This document shows, one piece after another, positions 47,545 through 57,393 of a DNA stretch of 64,000 nucleotides; the first letter of the stretch is position 1, and each line of letters begins with the position of its first letter. Under the pieces are notes generated by a model that did not search any database, had not been told where the DNA came from, and saw only the letters and a list, made by a program, of their open reading frames with translations. The stretch spans positions 1 through 64,000 of the forward strand of contig JANNVQ010000045.1 of assembly GCA_031414535.1 (NCBI GenBank). The letters are read 5' to 3'. Origin of the DNA: Gemmatimonas sp. (lineage in GTDB: Bacteria; Gemmatimonadota; Gemmatimonadetes; Gemmatimonadales; Gemmatimonadaceae). Both the position numbers and the translations under genes were made by a program.

Positions 47545-48000
47545 ATGGCAACGCACGACGAGATCACCCAGCCGTATGTCGCGACCATCGAGACTGAGGG
47601 CCGCCGCTACAACGTGTCGGTCCGCGTCGTCTACGATGGGATTGAGTATGTGGGCCGACTCTGGTTCGCGGACGAAGCCTGGGATGATTTGGGCCTTCCG
47701 GACCGTGGTGCCCTACCCGGCCGCTCGCGCGAAGAGGTCATTACCCTCGCCAAGCGCTTCGCACCGCAGGAACTCGTCAAGCGTCACCGACGCGCGCTCG
47801 CAGAGAAGCGCCGCTTTCTAGGGCTTCGCAAGCACACCGACGACATTCTCGCCAAGATCCGCTACCTGAATCAGGTGGCCGTGTCCATGCGCGCAGGTTT
47901 GCTCGACGTCGAGGGCGCCGCGCAGGAGATTGATCTCACGGAGAAACAGCTACACGCGTTGATTGATTCGCTTTCGGAGCATGCGGGAAAGGAAGAATAG
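47545..48000 (+). CDS. Hypothetical protein
   Basis: Operon-like position and codon usage; beta-rich N-terminus, helical C-terminus. Confidence 0.7.
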   Translation: MATHDEITQPYVATIETEGRRYNVSVRVVYDGIEYVGRLWFADEAWDDLGLPDRGALPGRSREEVITLAKRFAPQELVKRHRRALAEKRRFLGLRKHTDDILAKIRYLNQVAVSMRAGLLDVEGAAQEIDLTEKQLHALIDSLSEHAGKEE

Positions 48001-48005
48001 GTTTT

Positions 48006-48132
48006 GGACGGATGACGGATGACGGATGCAGTCGGCGCTGCGGAACTCATGCGATTCCCGAGAGTTCGTACATTGTCGCTTCCGTCTTTCCGTCCCAATC
48101 GTGCGTTAGCATCCGTCATCCGTCATCCGTCC
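48006..48132. repeat. Perfect 24-bp inverted pair of heptamer arrays, locus 7
   Basis: GGACGGATGACGGATGACGGATGC (48006-29) / GCATCCGTCATCCGTCATCCGTCC (48109-32), plus internal CTTCCGTCTTTCCGTCC. Confidence 0.92.
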
Positions 48133-48136
48133 CTCA

Positions 48137-49867
48137 ATGGACTCCCGCGCCGCCTCCCATCTCCTCCACGAAATCGTCGCCCTGCTCGAATTGCAGGGTG
48201 AAGATCCCGCCGTGCCCGCGCCCTTTGCGGATGCGGCACGCTCGCTGGCGGCGGATGAGGCTCGGCCGCTGACCGAGCTGCTGAAGCGCGATAAGCGTCG
48301 CTTTGCTCCAGAGGTGGTAGAAGTCCTCGAGCAGTTCCGCGATAACGGCGACGCCGACCTGCTCGACCGCCTGCGGGAGAGCACGCCCGAAGGCCTCTTC
48401 GAGATGATGCGCGTCCCGGGACTCGGCCCCTCGCGCATTCGGCGCATCCACGAAGGTTTGGGCATTGATACGCTGCAGGAGCTTGAGGAAGCGGCGCGCG
48501 ACGGGCGTCTCGCGGAGTTACCACGCTTTGGGGCCCGCACGGCAGAGCAGGTGCTGCGTGGCATTGCATGGCTCAAGGAGAGCGGAGCCCAAATCTTGCT
48601 ACCGCACGGCCGAGCCGAAGCCGAACGTATTCTCGCCGCGCTGCGGCGCCAGCAGGGTGTGGTGCGCGCCGAGATCGCGGGCGCTGTGCGACGGCACTCG
48701 GAGACCGTGCGAGAGATTGAGATTGTCGCGGCCTGCGTGCGTGAGCCGGAAGTGGTCGCCGCCGCCTTCGCGCGCGCGCCCGGCGTGCGCGACTCCGTGG
48801 GCAGCGGCACCGCGCACGTATCCATCCGCTTCGACGATGGCCTGCGTCTGCAACTGCACTGTGTACCCGCTGATCAGTTTGTGGTGAGTTGGTTTCGCGC
48901 CACCGGCTCGGCCTCGCACGTGGCTGAAGTCGTGGCTCGCGCCGCACTGCGCGGCCTCACGCTCAGCGATCATGATCTGCGCGACGCAACCGGCCGCGTG
49001 GTTGAGACCGCCGATGAACCGGCGCTCTACGCGGCGGTGGGATTGCCGTGGTTGGCGCCGGAGTTGCGCGAAGGACTCGGCGAATCCGAGCAAGCCTTGG
49101 GCGAGGGCTTTGGCGGCCTCATCACCATGGACGACATCCGCGGTGTGCTGCACTGCCATTCGCAGTACAGCGATGGCGGCGCCACCATCGCCGAGCTCGC
49201 GGCCGCGGCGCGCACGCGCGGCTGGACCTACCTCGGCGTGTCCGACCACTCGCAGAGCGCGTTCTATGCGGGCGGACTTACCGCCGAGTCGCTCAAGCGG
49301 CAACACGAAGAGATTGATGCCATCAACGCATCGTTCAACGATTTCCGCGTGCTCAAAGGCGTAGAGGCAGACATCCTGCCCTGCGGACGCATTGATTACC
49401 CAACCGAGGTGTTGGATCGCTTTGACTACGTCATTGCGTCCATTCACTCGCGTCTTGGAATGAATGAGACGCAGATGACGGACCGCGTCTTGAAGGCGCT
49501 CGACGATCCGCACATCTCTGTGCTTGGGCATCCTACCGGGCGCCTGCTGCTCACGCGCGAACCCTACGCCATCAACATGGACGCGGTGCTCGAGAAGGCC
49601 GGCCGACTCGGGGTTGCCGTAGAGCTCAACGCCGACCCGCATCGCCTCGACCTCGACTGGCGCCTCGCCAAGCTGGCGCGGAAGTACGGGGCGCGCATTG
49701 AGATTGGCCCCGACGCGCACTCGGTGGACGGTCTCGAGAACATGACGCTCGGTATCGGCATGGCGCGCAAGGCCTGGCTCCGCCCCGAGGACGTGATTAA
49801 CACGCGCAGCGCTGCGGAGTTCGTGGAGTTCGCCACGCGGCGACGCCGAGCGGCTGCCACGGCGTGA
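48137..49867 (+). CDS. polX: Family X DNA polymerase / PHP domain protein with non-canonical polymerase site
   Basis: HhH VPGLGP and LPRFG; PHP motifs HCHSQYSDG, SDHS, GVE, GHP, DAH. Confidence 0.9.
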   Translation: MDSRAASHLLHEIVALLELQGEDPAVPAPFADAARSLAADEARPLTELLKRDKRRFAPEVVEVLEQFRDNGDADLLDRLRESTPEGLFEMMRVPGLGPSRIRRIHEGLGIDTLQELEEAARDGRLAELPRFGARTAEQVLRGIAWLKESGAQILLPHGRAEAERILAALRRQQGVVRAEIAGAVRRHSETVREIEIVAACVREPEVVAAAFARAPGVRDSVGSGTAHVSIRFDDGLRLQLHCVPADQFVVSWFRATGSASHVAEVVARAALRGLTLSDHDLRDATGRVVETADEPALYAAVGLPWLAPELREGLGESEQALGEGFGGLITMDDIRGVLHCHSQYSDGGATIAELAAAARTRGWTYLGVSDHSQSAFYAGGLTAESLKRQHEEIDAINASFNDFRVLKGVEADILPCGRIDYPTEVLDRFDYVIASIHSRLGMNETQMTDRVLKALDDPHISVLGHPTGRLLLTREPYAINMDAVLEKAGRLGVAVELNADPHRLDLDWRLAKLARKYGARIEIGPDAHSVDGLENMTLGIGMARKAWLRPEDVINTRSAAEFVEFATRRRRAAATA

Positions 49868-50532
49868 GCCGTCCTCGAAAGCAGCGCCGGGGCGCTGAGC
49901 TGAAGGCCCACGCTGCTGAGATTCATCGGCGCTTGCTGGAGCTGTACCCCGACGCGCACTGCGAACTCGACTACCGCAATCCGTATGAACTCGCCGTCGC
50001 AACGATCCTCTCGGCGCAATGCACGGACAAGCGCGTCAACATGGTGACGCCCGAACTCTTTCGCCGCTGGCCCAATGCCGACGCGCTCAGTCAAGCGCCG
50101 CGCGAAGAGATTGAGCAGGTCGTCCAGAGTACCGGATTCTACCGAAACAAGGCGAAATCGCTCTCTGGGTTCGCCACGCAATTGATGGATCGGCACGCGG
50201 GCCAAGTGCCGGCGGTCATGGAGCAGCTCGTGGTGCTTCCCGGCATCGGTCGCAAAACCGCCAACGTGGTCCTCGGCAACGCCTTTGGGATCAATGAAGG
50301 GGTGGTGGTAGACACACACGTGCAGCGGCTGTCCAACCGCTTTGGCCTCACGCGCGAAACGGATGCCGTGAAGGTCGAGCGAGCATTGATTCCGCTGTTT
50401 CCGCGCGACAGCTGGACGATGCTCTCGCACTTGATGATTTGGCACGGCCGCCGCATCTGCGATGCGCGCAAACCAAAATGCGGGGCCTGCACGCTGGCAG
50501 ATATCTGTCCGTCTGCCGAAATTCCGGGATGA
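49864..50532 (+). CDS. nth: Endonuclease III
   Basis: LSAQCTD, LPGIGRKTA, VDTHV, C-x6-C-x2-C-x5-C Fe-S motif. Confidence 0.96.
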   Translation: MSRPRKQRRGAELKAHAAEIHRRLLELYPDAHCELDYRNPYELAVATILSAQCTDKRVNMVTPELFRRWPNADALSQAPREEIEQVVQSTGFYRNKAKSLSGFATQLMDRHAGQVPAVMEQLVVLPGIGRKTANVVLGNAFGINEGVVVDTHVQRLSNRFGLTRETDAVKVERALIPLFPRDSWTMLSHLMIWHGRRICDARKPKCGACTLADICPSAEIPG

Positions 50533-50999
50533 CTCAACGTCTCATTCGATTGCTCGTCTCACTCGCCCTGGTCGCCATAGTCGCGTTGAGCGCGGCCTGT
50601 GCAGGTACCGCACCGCCGAGCACACGCAACGCGCAGATTCTTGCCCCTCCGACCGATTCCTGCGTGCTTGCGCGCGAGGAAGCCGCGACGAACCCGCGCT
50701 TGGATGTGGAGCGCGTACCCACTCCCGTCCAGATGGTACCGCCACCGATTCGCACCCCGGTGCCCCGCACGGCGGTCCGCCGCGACGGCAGCTCCTCGCT
50801 CAAGGTGGAGGTGATGGTGGACACGCTGGGCAAGCCAGACATGGCCAGCTTTGCCGTCATCGAGTCCACCTCGGCCTGGCTCACCACGGGGGCACGGAAC
50901 GCCATTTCCCGCTGGACCTTTGAGCCGGCGCTCAGAAATGGCTGCAAAGTGCCGCGGTTCTACCAGTTTACGGCGACGTCGCCAGCGCGGAGGCGCTAA
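50529..50999 (+). CDS. Lipoprotein with TonB C-terminal-like domain
   Basis: Lipobox [14 protein letters not shown]...[11 protein letters not shown]. Confidence 0.7.
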   Translation: MTQRLIRLLVSLALVAIVALSAACAGTAPPSTRNAQILAPPTDSCVLAREEAATNPRLDVERVPTPVQMVPPPIRTPVPRTAVRRDGSSSLKVEVMVDTLGKPDMASFAVIESTSAWLTTGARNAISRWTFEPALRNGCKVPRFYQFTATSPARRR

Positions 51000-51006
51000 A
51001 AGCGGC

Positions 51007-51098
51007 AAGATGGAAGACGGAAGGCACAAGCGAAACGCCGCCCGTCTTACTAGATTTTTCGTAGTTCCCTTCCGTCATCCGTCTTCCGTCATCTGTCC
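51007..51098. repeat. Inverted heptamer arrays, locus 8
   Basis: AAGATGGAAGACGGAAGG (51007-24) and CCTTCCGTCATCCGTCTTCCGTCATCTGTCC (51068-98), 4 nt before the PPIase ATG. Confidence 0.85.
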
Positions 51099-51102
51099 GC
51101 CA

Positions 51103-51561
51103 ATGAAGATCGCTACCTTCGAAACCAACAAAGGCACCATCACCGCCGAGCTCTATGAAAAAGACGCTCCGGGCACGGTCGCCAACTTCGAGAAGCTTGC
51201 CAACGAAGGCTTCTACGACAGCATCCGCTTCCACCGCGTAATCCCGGAGTTCGTGGTTCAGGGTGGTTGCCCCAACGCCAAGATCGGTGGCACGCCCAAG
51301 GGCCCGCCGGGCACCGGCGGTCCGGGCTGGACCATCAAGTGCGAGACGGACGGCAATCCGCAGACGCACAAGATCGGCGCACTCTCGATGGCGCATGCCG
51401 GCAAGAATACCGGCGGATCGCAGTTCTTTATGGTACTCAGCGAAGCCAATACCAAGCACCTGAATGGTGTGCACACGGTGTTCGGCCAGATTACTGGCGG
51501 CCTCGACATTATGAACACCCTCACTGATCGCGACCACATGGTCAAGGTGCGTGTATCATGA
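51103..51561 (+). CDS. Cyclophilin-type peptidyl-prolyl cis-trans isomerase
   Basis: [34 protein letters not shown]. Confidence 0.95.
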   Translation: MKIATFETNKGTITAELYEKDAPGTVANFEKLANEGFYDSIRFHRVIPEFVVQGGCPNAKIGGTPKGPPGTGGPGWTIKCETDGNPQTHKIGALSMAHAGKNTGGSQFFMVLSEANTKHLNGVHTVFGQITGGLDIMNTLTDRDHMVKVRVS

Positions 51562-51728
51562 CCGCTGGAACTCCAATGACAGGCCGCGACACCAAGGCCC
51601 ACCTAACCGGCTTCGCCGTCGGTCTCGTCGGCATCGCCATCGTGGTGCTTGCGCTGGTTTACCTCACCAACAAGAAGTTCGCGAGTCACGCTGAAGAAGG
51701 CGCCGCGGCGACCTCAACGCAGCACTAA
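51558..51728 (+). CDS. Small single-TM protein (56 aa; not in the ORF track)
   Basis: Read by hand: [60 protein letters not shown] overlap with the PPIase stop; alternative ATG at 51576. Confidence 0.75.
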   Translation: MTAGTPMTGRDTKAHLTGFAVGLVGIAIVVLALVYLTNKKFASHAEEGAAATSTQH

Positions 51729-51732
51729 ACGC

Positions 51733-53646
51733 ATGAATGCCGACTCGTCGGCCACTGAGCGCCCCGCCTCTGGACACGGAGTCGGGGCGCTTTCGTTTCC
51801 GCTCCGCGCAGCCCTCCCGCCGGCGCTGACGTTTCTCGCGCTTATCGCGGGTGCAGTGCTACACCTCGCCGACCAGCATGGCATCGCGTTTTGGGTTCAC
51901 TACGGCGCGCTGATTGTACTCGGCGCACCAGTCACGTGGCGCACCATCCGCGGCATGCTGCACGGCCAGTTCGCCGCGGATGTTGTCGCTATGCTGGCCA
52001 TCGTCACGGCGGTCGTGCTACGCGAGCCAATCGCCGGCTTGGTCATCGTGCTGATGCAAACCGGCGGCGAACTGCTCGAACGCTACGCGGAAGGCCGCGC
52101 CTCGGCCGCGGTACGGGAGCTTGAGGCGGCCGCACCGCGAATCGCCCACCGCCTGCGCGGCACGGATGCCAACACCAGCGAGGACGTCCCCGCCGAGTCC
52201 ATCGCAATCGGTGAGCACATCCTCGTGCGTCCGGGCGAGATGATCCCCTGTGATGCCATCGTGCAAGACGGCAACAGTTCGCTCGACACCTCGCGCGTCA
52301 CCGGCGAGCCGCTCCCAGAACGCGTACAAATCGGCACTGCGGTGCGATCGGGCGTGGTGAATCTCGAGTCTCCGCTCGTACTGACCGTCACGGCGCCAGC
52401 AAGCGCATCGCTCTACGCACGCATCGTGGAGCTCGTGCGCACGGCGCAAGCAGACAAATCACCCATCCAGCGCCTCGCCGACAAGTTCGCCATCTGGTTC
52501 ACACCCATCACGCTGGTGGCCTGCGCCATTGCCTGGTGGATCTCCGGCGATGCCTCACGTGTGCTGGCCGTGCTCGTGGTGGCGACGCCCTGCCCTCTCA
52601 TTCTCGCAACGCCGGTGGCCGTAATTGGCGGCATCAATCGCGCGGCACGGCGCCAGATCGTGGTGCGTAACGGCTCGGCGCTGGAGTTGCTCTCGCGCGT
52701 GGATACGGTCGTGTTCGACAAAACCGGCACGCTCACCATCGGACGGCCGGCCGTGGCCTCGGTGGAATCGCTGCTTGGGTCAAACACCGACGAACTCCTC
52801 GCCCTCGCTGCCGCCATTGAGCAGGGCTCGGGACACTTGCTCGCGCGCTCAACGGTTGCTGAAGCACAGAAGCGTGGGCTGGAGATTCCGCGGGCAACCA
52901 AGATCACGGAGTACGCAGGGCGCGGCGTGTCAGGACTCGTAGACGAACGCCGCGTCACCGTGGGCGAACGCTCAATCGTGGCAGAGCGACATCCAGCACT
53001 CGCTGACAGAGTGGAGAAGTTCCTCGCCGACGCAGAGGGTGGCTTGCGCGCCTTTGCCGCAGCGAGCGGGCCCGATGGTGACACGCTCGCCGTCATTCGC
53101 TACGCCGATCAGTTACGTCCGGGCCTCGAGTCACTCGGGCCCCGTCTCGCGGCGCAGGGCCTCACACGCATCGTGCTGCTGTCTGGCGATCACGCCGATA
53201 ACGTCGCGCTTGTCGCCAAGCAGGTGGGCATCACCGAGGCGCGAGGTGATCAACTACCGGAAGACAAGGTCGCTGCGGTGCGCGAGCTTGAGAAGAGCGG
53301 TCGCCACGTACTCATGGTGGGCGATGGCACGAACGACGCACCAGCGCTTGCCGCCGCAACCGTCGGAGTGGCACTCGCCGCGCACGGCGGCGGCATCAGC
53401 GCCGAGGCCGCCGGCGTTGTACTTCTCGCCGATGACGTGATGCGCGTGGAAGAAGCCGTCGCAATTGGGCGCCGCACGGTTCGCATCGCGAAGCAGAGCA
53501 TCGTCGCGGGCCTCGTCCTCTCCGGCACCGCAATGGTCTTCGCCGCGCTTGGCTACATCCCGCCGACAATCGGCGCGCTTCTGCAAGAAGCGATTGACGT
53601 CGCCGTCATCATCAACGCGCTTCGGGCGGCTGGGGCGGGACGCTAA
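51733..53646 (+). CDS. Heavy-metal P1B-type ATPase (P1B-5-like)
   Basis: TGE, TPCP, DKTGT, GDGTND, QEAID. Confidence 0.92.
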   Translation: MNADSSATERPASGHGVGALSFPLRAALPPALTFLALIAGAVLHLADQHGIAFWVHYGALIVLGAPVTWRTIRGMLHGQFAADVVAMLAIVTAVVLREPIAGLVIVLMQTGGELLERYAEGRASAAVRELEAAAPRIAHRLRGTDANTSEDVPAESIAIGEHILVRPGEMIPCDAIVQDGNSSLDTSRVTGEPLPERVQIGTAVRSGVVNLESPLVLTVTAPASASLYARIVELVRTAQADKSPIQRLADKFAIWFTPITLVACAIAWWISGDASRVLAVLVVATPCPLILATPVAVIGGINRAARRQIVVRNGSALELLSRVDTVVFDKTGTLTIGRPAVASVESLLGSNTDELLALAAAIEQGSGHLLARSTVAEAQKRGLEIPRATKITEYAGRGVSGLVDERRVTVGERSIVAERHPALADRVEKFLADAEGGLRAFAAASGPDGDTLAVIRYADQLRPGLESLGPRLAAQGLTRIVLLSGDHADNVALVAKQVGITEARGDQLPEDKVAAVRELEKSGRHVLMVGDGTNDAPALAAATVGVALAAHGGGISAEAAGVVLLADDVMRVEEAVAIGRRTVRIAKQSIVAGLVLSGTAMVFAALGYIPPTIGALLQEAIDVAVIINALRAAGAGR

Positions 53647-53788
53647 CCCCCTCGTCGTCGTGCACCGCCCGCATCGCTGGCGTCGTTAGGTCATCAAACT
53701 GCCCCGAGCGCGAACTCCACACGTACGCGCCCACAAAAATCGCGACCAGCAGAATCGCCAAGGGAACCAGCACAAAGAGCACGCTCAC
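53612..53788 (-). CDS. ccoS: cbb3 oxidase maturation protein CcoS
   Basis: TM helix then WSSRSGQFDDL. Confidence 0.9.
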   Translation of the reverse strand: MSVLFVLVPLAILLVAIFVGAYVWSSRSGQFDDLTTPAMRAVHDDEGVSVPPQPPEAR

Positions 53789-56229
53789 GTGGCCTCCGCC
53801 GTGAATGTCCGAGCCCGCCACGTTGCAAGAATCACAGTCACTGAGCCCAAGGGCATCAGCACCGCAGCAAAGAGCGGATCAATGATGCCCATCATCGCCA
53901 TCGTCACGCCGATGGCGTTGTAGCCCAAGGCCACGACCATATTGCGATGAATCACGTTCGTCGTGCGCTTGGCGCCCGCCATCAGCTCCGGCAGTGCTTC
54001 AACACCACCGCGAGCCAAGTACACATCCGCTGCCGCCATCGACGCCTCGGCGCCACCGCGCACCGCGATACCCACCGTCGCACCAGCAATCGCGGCCGCG
54101 TCGTTCACGCCATCGCCGACCATCACGACTGCGCCATGCTCGCGCGCAGCCGCCACCGCTGCACGCTTCCGTTCGGGACTGGCGCCGCCTTCGGCTTGTG
54201 ATGCGGGAATACCCAGCGTGCTCGCCACGGCCTGCACTACGCTCGGCGCATCACCGCTGAGCAGTCGTACTTCCCAGCCTGCTGCACCCAACTGACTGAT
54301 GAGCCGCTTTGCTGAGGGTCGCAGGGGATCACCGAAGCCGGCCCGCGCGACGACGACGCCGTCTAGAGCAATGAGCACCGGTGTCAGACGCGCCTCGAGC
54401 ACTGACAACGACTGAACCTCCTCGCTCACTGCGGCCGTGCGGGCCAACACCCACTCGGGACGGCCAACCACGAGCGAGTGGCCGGCCACTCGCCCCTCGA
54501 GGCCACCGCCGAGAGTTTCCTCAACGAGCTCCGGCTCCATCGCGGACACATCGGGCCACGCCGCCGCGAATGCACTCGCTACCGGATGACGACTGGTCTT
54601 CTCGAGTGCCAGAACCCACGGACGGAGTTCGCTGGGCCCGTCATACGCTTCGAGCACCATGCGCCCTTCCGTGAGCGTGCCCGTCTTATCTAGGAAGATG
54701 ATTCCTCGTCCTGTAAGCGTCTCCAGCGAGTGCGCACCCTTGATCAAGATGCCGCGCGTGGCGGCTCGACCGACCGCTACCGTAAACGCCATCGGCGTGG
54801 CGATCGCCAACGCACAGGGGCAGGTCACCACGAGCAGCGCGATGGCAGAATCAATTGCGAAGTACATGTCCGTCTTCCACCAGATGCCGGCGGTCACCAC
54901 CGCCAGCACCAAGATCACCGCGATGAAGTGTCCCGCAATCCTGTCCGCAAGCAGCACCACCGACGGGCGTTCGCGCGCGCCCTCTTCCACATCGCGCAGC
55001 AAGCGGCCCAAGCGGCTGGTGATGCCCGCCTCTTCTACACGCACGCGCAGCGGCGCCGAGAGATTGACGGTGCCCGCAAACACCTGCTCGCCTTCACGGA
55101 TGCTCACCGGACGCGATTCACCAGTGAGAAGCGCCAAGTCGAGCGATGAGTGGCCGCGCTCCACCACACCATCAGCGGCCAGTGTGTCGCCTGGGCGAAC
55201 CTCCAGCAACATGCCAGGAAGAATTGCCTCGGTGGGGACTTCCTTCACCGTATCGCCATCCACGAGCCGCGCCGTCACGGGTGCGAGCGCGCCCAGCAAT
55301 GCCGCGGAGTCAGCCGCTCCACGCTGCGCGCGATGCTGCAGGAATCGTCCGACGAGCAGCAAGAAGATGAGTGTGGCAACGGCATCGAAGTAAATCGGGC
55401 CGTTATCGCGCAAAGTGTTCACGGCACCTTGCACGTAGCCAACGGCAAGTGCCAGCGCGATTGGCACATCCATGTGTAAACGCTTGTTCTTGAGTGCCTG
55501 CCACGCACTCGTGAAAAACACACGCCCCGGCCAGATGATGGCCGGCGTCACGAGTACAAAGCTCAACCAACGGAAGTAGCGCTCAAACTCGCGCTCCATG
55601 CCGCTGAACACACCACTATACAGAGCCAGCGCGATGGTCATCACGTTGCCAGCAATTGCCGCCGCCACGCCGATGCGCGTGAGTTGCTTGCGCTCCTCCG
55701 CTTTGCGCACTTCATCGGCGCGTAGCCCGCGGAAGGGATGTGGCGGATACCCCAACTGGTCGAGCGCCTGCGCCAAGGCGCTCAGAGCCACCTGCTGGGG
55801 ATCCCACGCCAACCGCGCCACGGCACGCGTCACGTCGAGCTCGGCGCGTACAGCGCCGGGCACAATCATCGGCATGCGTTCAACCAACCACACGCAGGAC
55901 GCGCAGTGGACGCCTTCTAAATAGAATGTCGCCTCGGCGAGACCGTCGGCTGCGTAGCGCACGTGCGCAGCGGCGAACGCTTCGTGATCGAACTCCACAT
56001 AGCTACGGCCGCTCGCACTCACGCGCACGGGGCGACGTTCGGGCAACGCATAAAAACCGCCGAGCCCGCTCTGCTTGATGATTGATGCCGCCGTCTCGCA
56101 GCCCGCACAGCAGTACACCGCGCCCGCGCTCACGCGCGTGTCTCCACTCGCAGCCTCAAGGCCGCAGTGGGCGCAGGTCAATTGCTCGGCGGCGCCGAGC
56201 GTGAACTCAGGGCTGAGCGTTGTGGACAT
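53785..56229 (-). CDS. ccoI: cbb3-associated Cu P1B-type ATPase CcoI/FixI
   Basis: CAHC/YCCAGC, HCASC, CPC, DKTGT, YFD; operon context. Confidence 0.93.
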   Translation of the reverse strand: MSTTLSPEFTLGAAEQLTCAHCGLEAASGDTRVSAGAVYCCAGCETAASIIKQSGLGGFYALPERRPVRVSASGRSYVEFDHEAFAAAHVRYAADGLAEATFYLEGVHCASCVWLVERMPMIVPGAVRAELDVTRAVARLAWDPQQVALSALAQALDQLGYPPHPFRGLRADEVRKAEERKQLTRIGVAAAIAGNVMTIALALYSGVFSGMEREFERYFRWLSFVLVTPAIIWPGRVFFTSAWQALKNKRLHMDVPIALALAVGYVQGAVNTLRDNGPIYFDAVATLIFLLLVGRFLQHRAQRGAADSAALLGALAPVTARLVDGDTVKEVPTEAILPGMLLEVRPGDTLAADGVVERGHSSLDLALLTGESRPVSIREGEQVFAGTVNLSAPLRVRVEEAGITSRLGRLLRDVEEGARERPSVVLLADRIAGHFIAVILVLAVVTAGIWWKTDMYFAIDSAIALLVVTCPCALAIATPMAFTVAVGRAATRGILIKGAHSLETLTGRGIIFLDKTGTLTEGRMVLEAYDGPSELRPWVLALEKTSRHPVASAFAAAWPDVSAMEPELVEETLGGGLEGRVAGHSLVVGRPEWVLARTAAVSEEVQSLSVLEARLTPVLIALDGVVVARAGFGDPLRPSAKRLISQLGAAGWEVRLLSGDAPSVVQAVASTLGIPASQAEGGASPERKRAAVAAAREHGAVVMVGDGVNDAAAIAGATVGIAVRGGAEASMAAADVYLARGGVEALPELMAGAKRTTNVIHRNMVVALGYNAIGVTMAMMGIIDPLFAAVLMPLGSVTVILATWRARTFTAEAT

Positions 56230-56932
56230 GAGCCGCGTCAGAAGTTGGAGCCTGAGCCGCGCTGGCAGGCGTGAAGCGGCCCGCCACCGTGAGCACGCCG
56301 AGAATCACGAGCACGCTTGCCGTCACAAGAGGCAAACGCCTGCGAAAGCGTCCAAGCAGGCGCTGTGCACCGAGACCAACGGCCGCCATCAGCGGGACCG
56401 TGCCAAGCCAGAATGCGGCCATGACGGTGGCACCGGCCAAAGCGGAACCCGCGGCAGCCGACGTCGCCACAAACGCATACAGCCAACCGCAGGGTAAGGC
56501 CGCTGACAGCGCGCCGATTGCCAGCGCGCGAATTGCTGGCGGCCGCTCCTGCACCGCGCGCACCGCTCGCGCCACACGCGACGCCAGCGCCGGCGGAACG
56601 TCGAGCATCGGAATGCGAACCCCGAGTGCCGCAGCGAGCGAAGCAACACCCCAGAGAATAAGCAGAGTCCCTGCCACCACCGCCGCAGGACGCGCCAAAC
56701 CAGCCACGGCTCCAGCGCGATCTAACCCCGCGCCCGCGGCCCCAGCCACCGCACCAAGCAGAGCGTAAGAGAACAATCGCCCGAAGTTGTACGCGGCCGT
56801 CGAGCGCAACGCCCGCGGCCCCGCGCTGCCATCACCGCCGGATGCGAGGCAGGCAAAGCTCCCGCACATGCCGGCGCAGTGTACGCTGCCGAGCAATCCC
56901 GCCACAAACACCGAACTCGCGAGCGCAATCAC
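56207..56932 (-). CDS. DsbD_2/TauE-like membrane protein of the cbb3 assembly cluster
   Basis: HCAGMCG, YNFGR, LPCGWLY, FWLGT. Confidence 0.88.
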   Translation of the reverse strand: MIALASSVFVAGLLGSVHCAGMCGSFACLASGGDGSAGPRALRSTAAYNFGRLFSYALLGAVAGAAGAGLDRAGAVAGLARPAAVVAGTLLILWGVASLAAALGVRIPMLDVPPALASRVARAVRAVQERPPAIRALAIGALSAALPCGWLYAFVATSAAAGSALAGATVMAAFWLGTVPLMAAVGLGAQRLLGRFRRRLPLVTASVLVILGVLTVAGRFTPASAAQAPTSDAAHVHNAQP

Positions 56933-57393
56933 GGCGACTCGGCCTGCTGGGTGCTCTCAAAGCGATCTGCGCCACGGCGTGCTACGACGCGGACTTCCCA
57001 CAGCCCACTCCGGTGCGCGGGCAACTCAACCGTGTATGCGCCGGCGCCCGCCGACTGGAGCGTCACCACCATCGGTGTAGACGCCTCACGATTGTGGATC
57101 AGGGTGGCCGTGACGGCGGCATCCTCAATGGCGAGGCCGCTCGAGTCTACCATCTGCACGTTCAGACTGCCGGGCGTGTCGCTCAGCGATACACGTGAGG
57201 TCCAGCCAAGCGCAACGCTCGCCGAACGCCGCGCCATGGTGCGATCCCACTCCACAGCCTTCCGGTAGTAGTCGGGCTCCACCACCGTGCCATTGGGATC
57301 CGCCTTCGCGGCGTAGAGCATCACGAAGTTCACGCCTACCGTGAAGCCAAGCGCCAGCGTCACGAGTACCGGCCACTGCCAACCACGCTTCAT
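56929..57393 (-). CDS. ccoH: FixH/CcoH family protein
   Basis: WPVL TM helix, VEPDYYRKA, GLWEV. Confidence 0.85.
   Translation of the reverse strand: MKRGWQWPVLVTLALGFTVGVNFVMLYAAKADPNGTVVEPDYYRKAVEWDRTMARRSASVALGWTSRVSLSDTPGSLNVQMVDSSGLAIEDAAVTATLIHNREASTPMVVTLQSAGAGAYTVELPAHRSGLWEVRVVARRGADRFESTQQAESP

Noticed and set aside
48012..48272. Short ORFs starting MTDDG inside the arrays
   Set aside because: The ATGs come from the repeat unit itself; the ORFs overlap polX out of frame and show no coding signal.
48599..50002. 467-aa minus-strand ORF
   Set aside because: Antisense to polX and nth; no recognisable domain.
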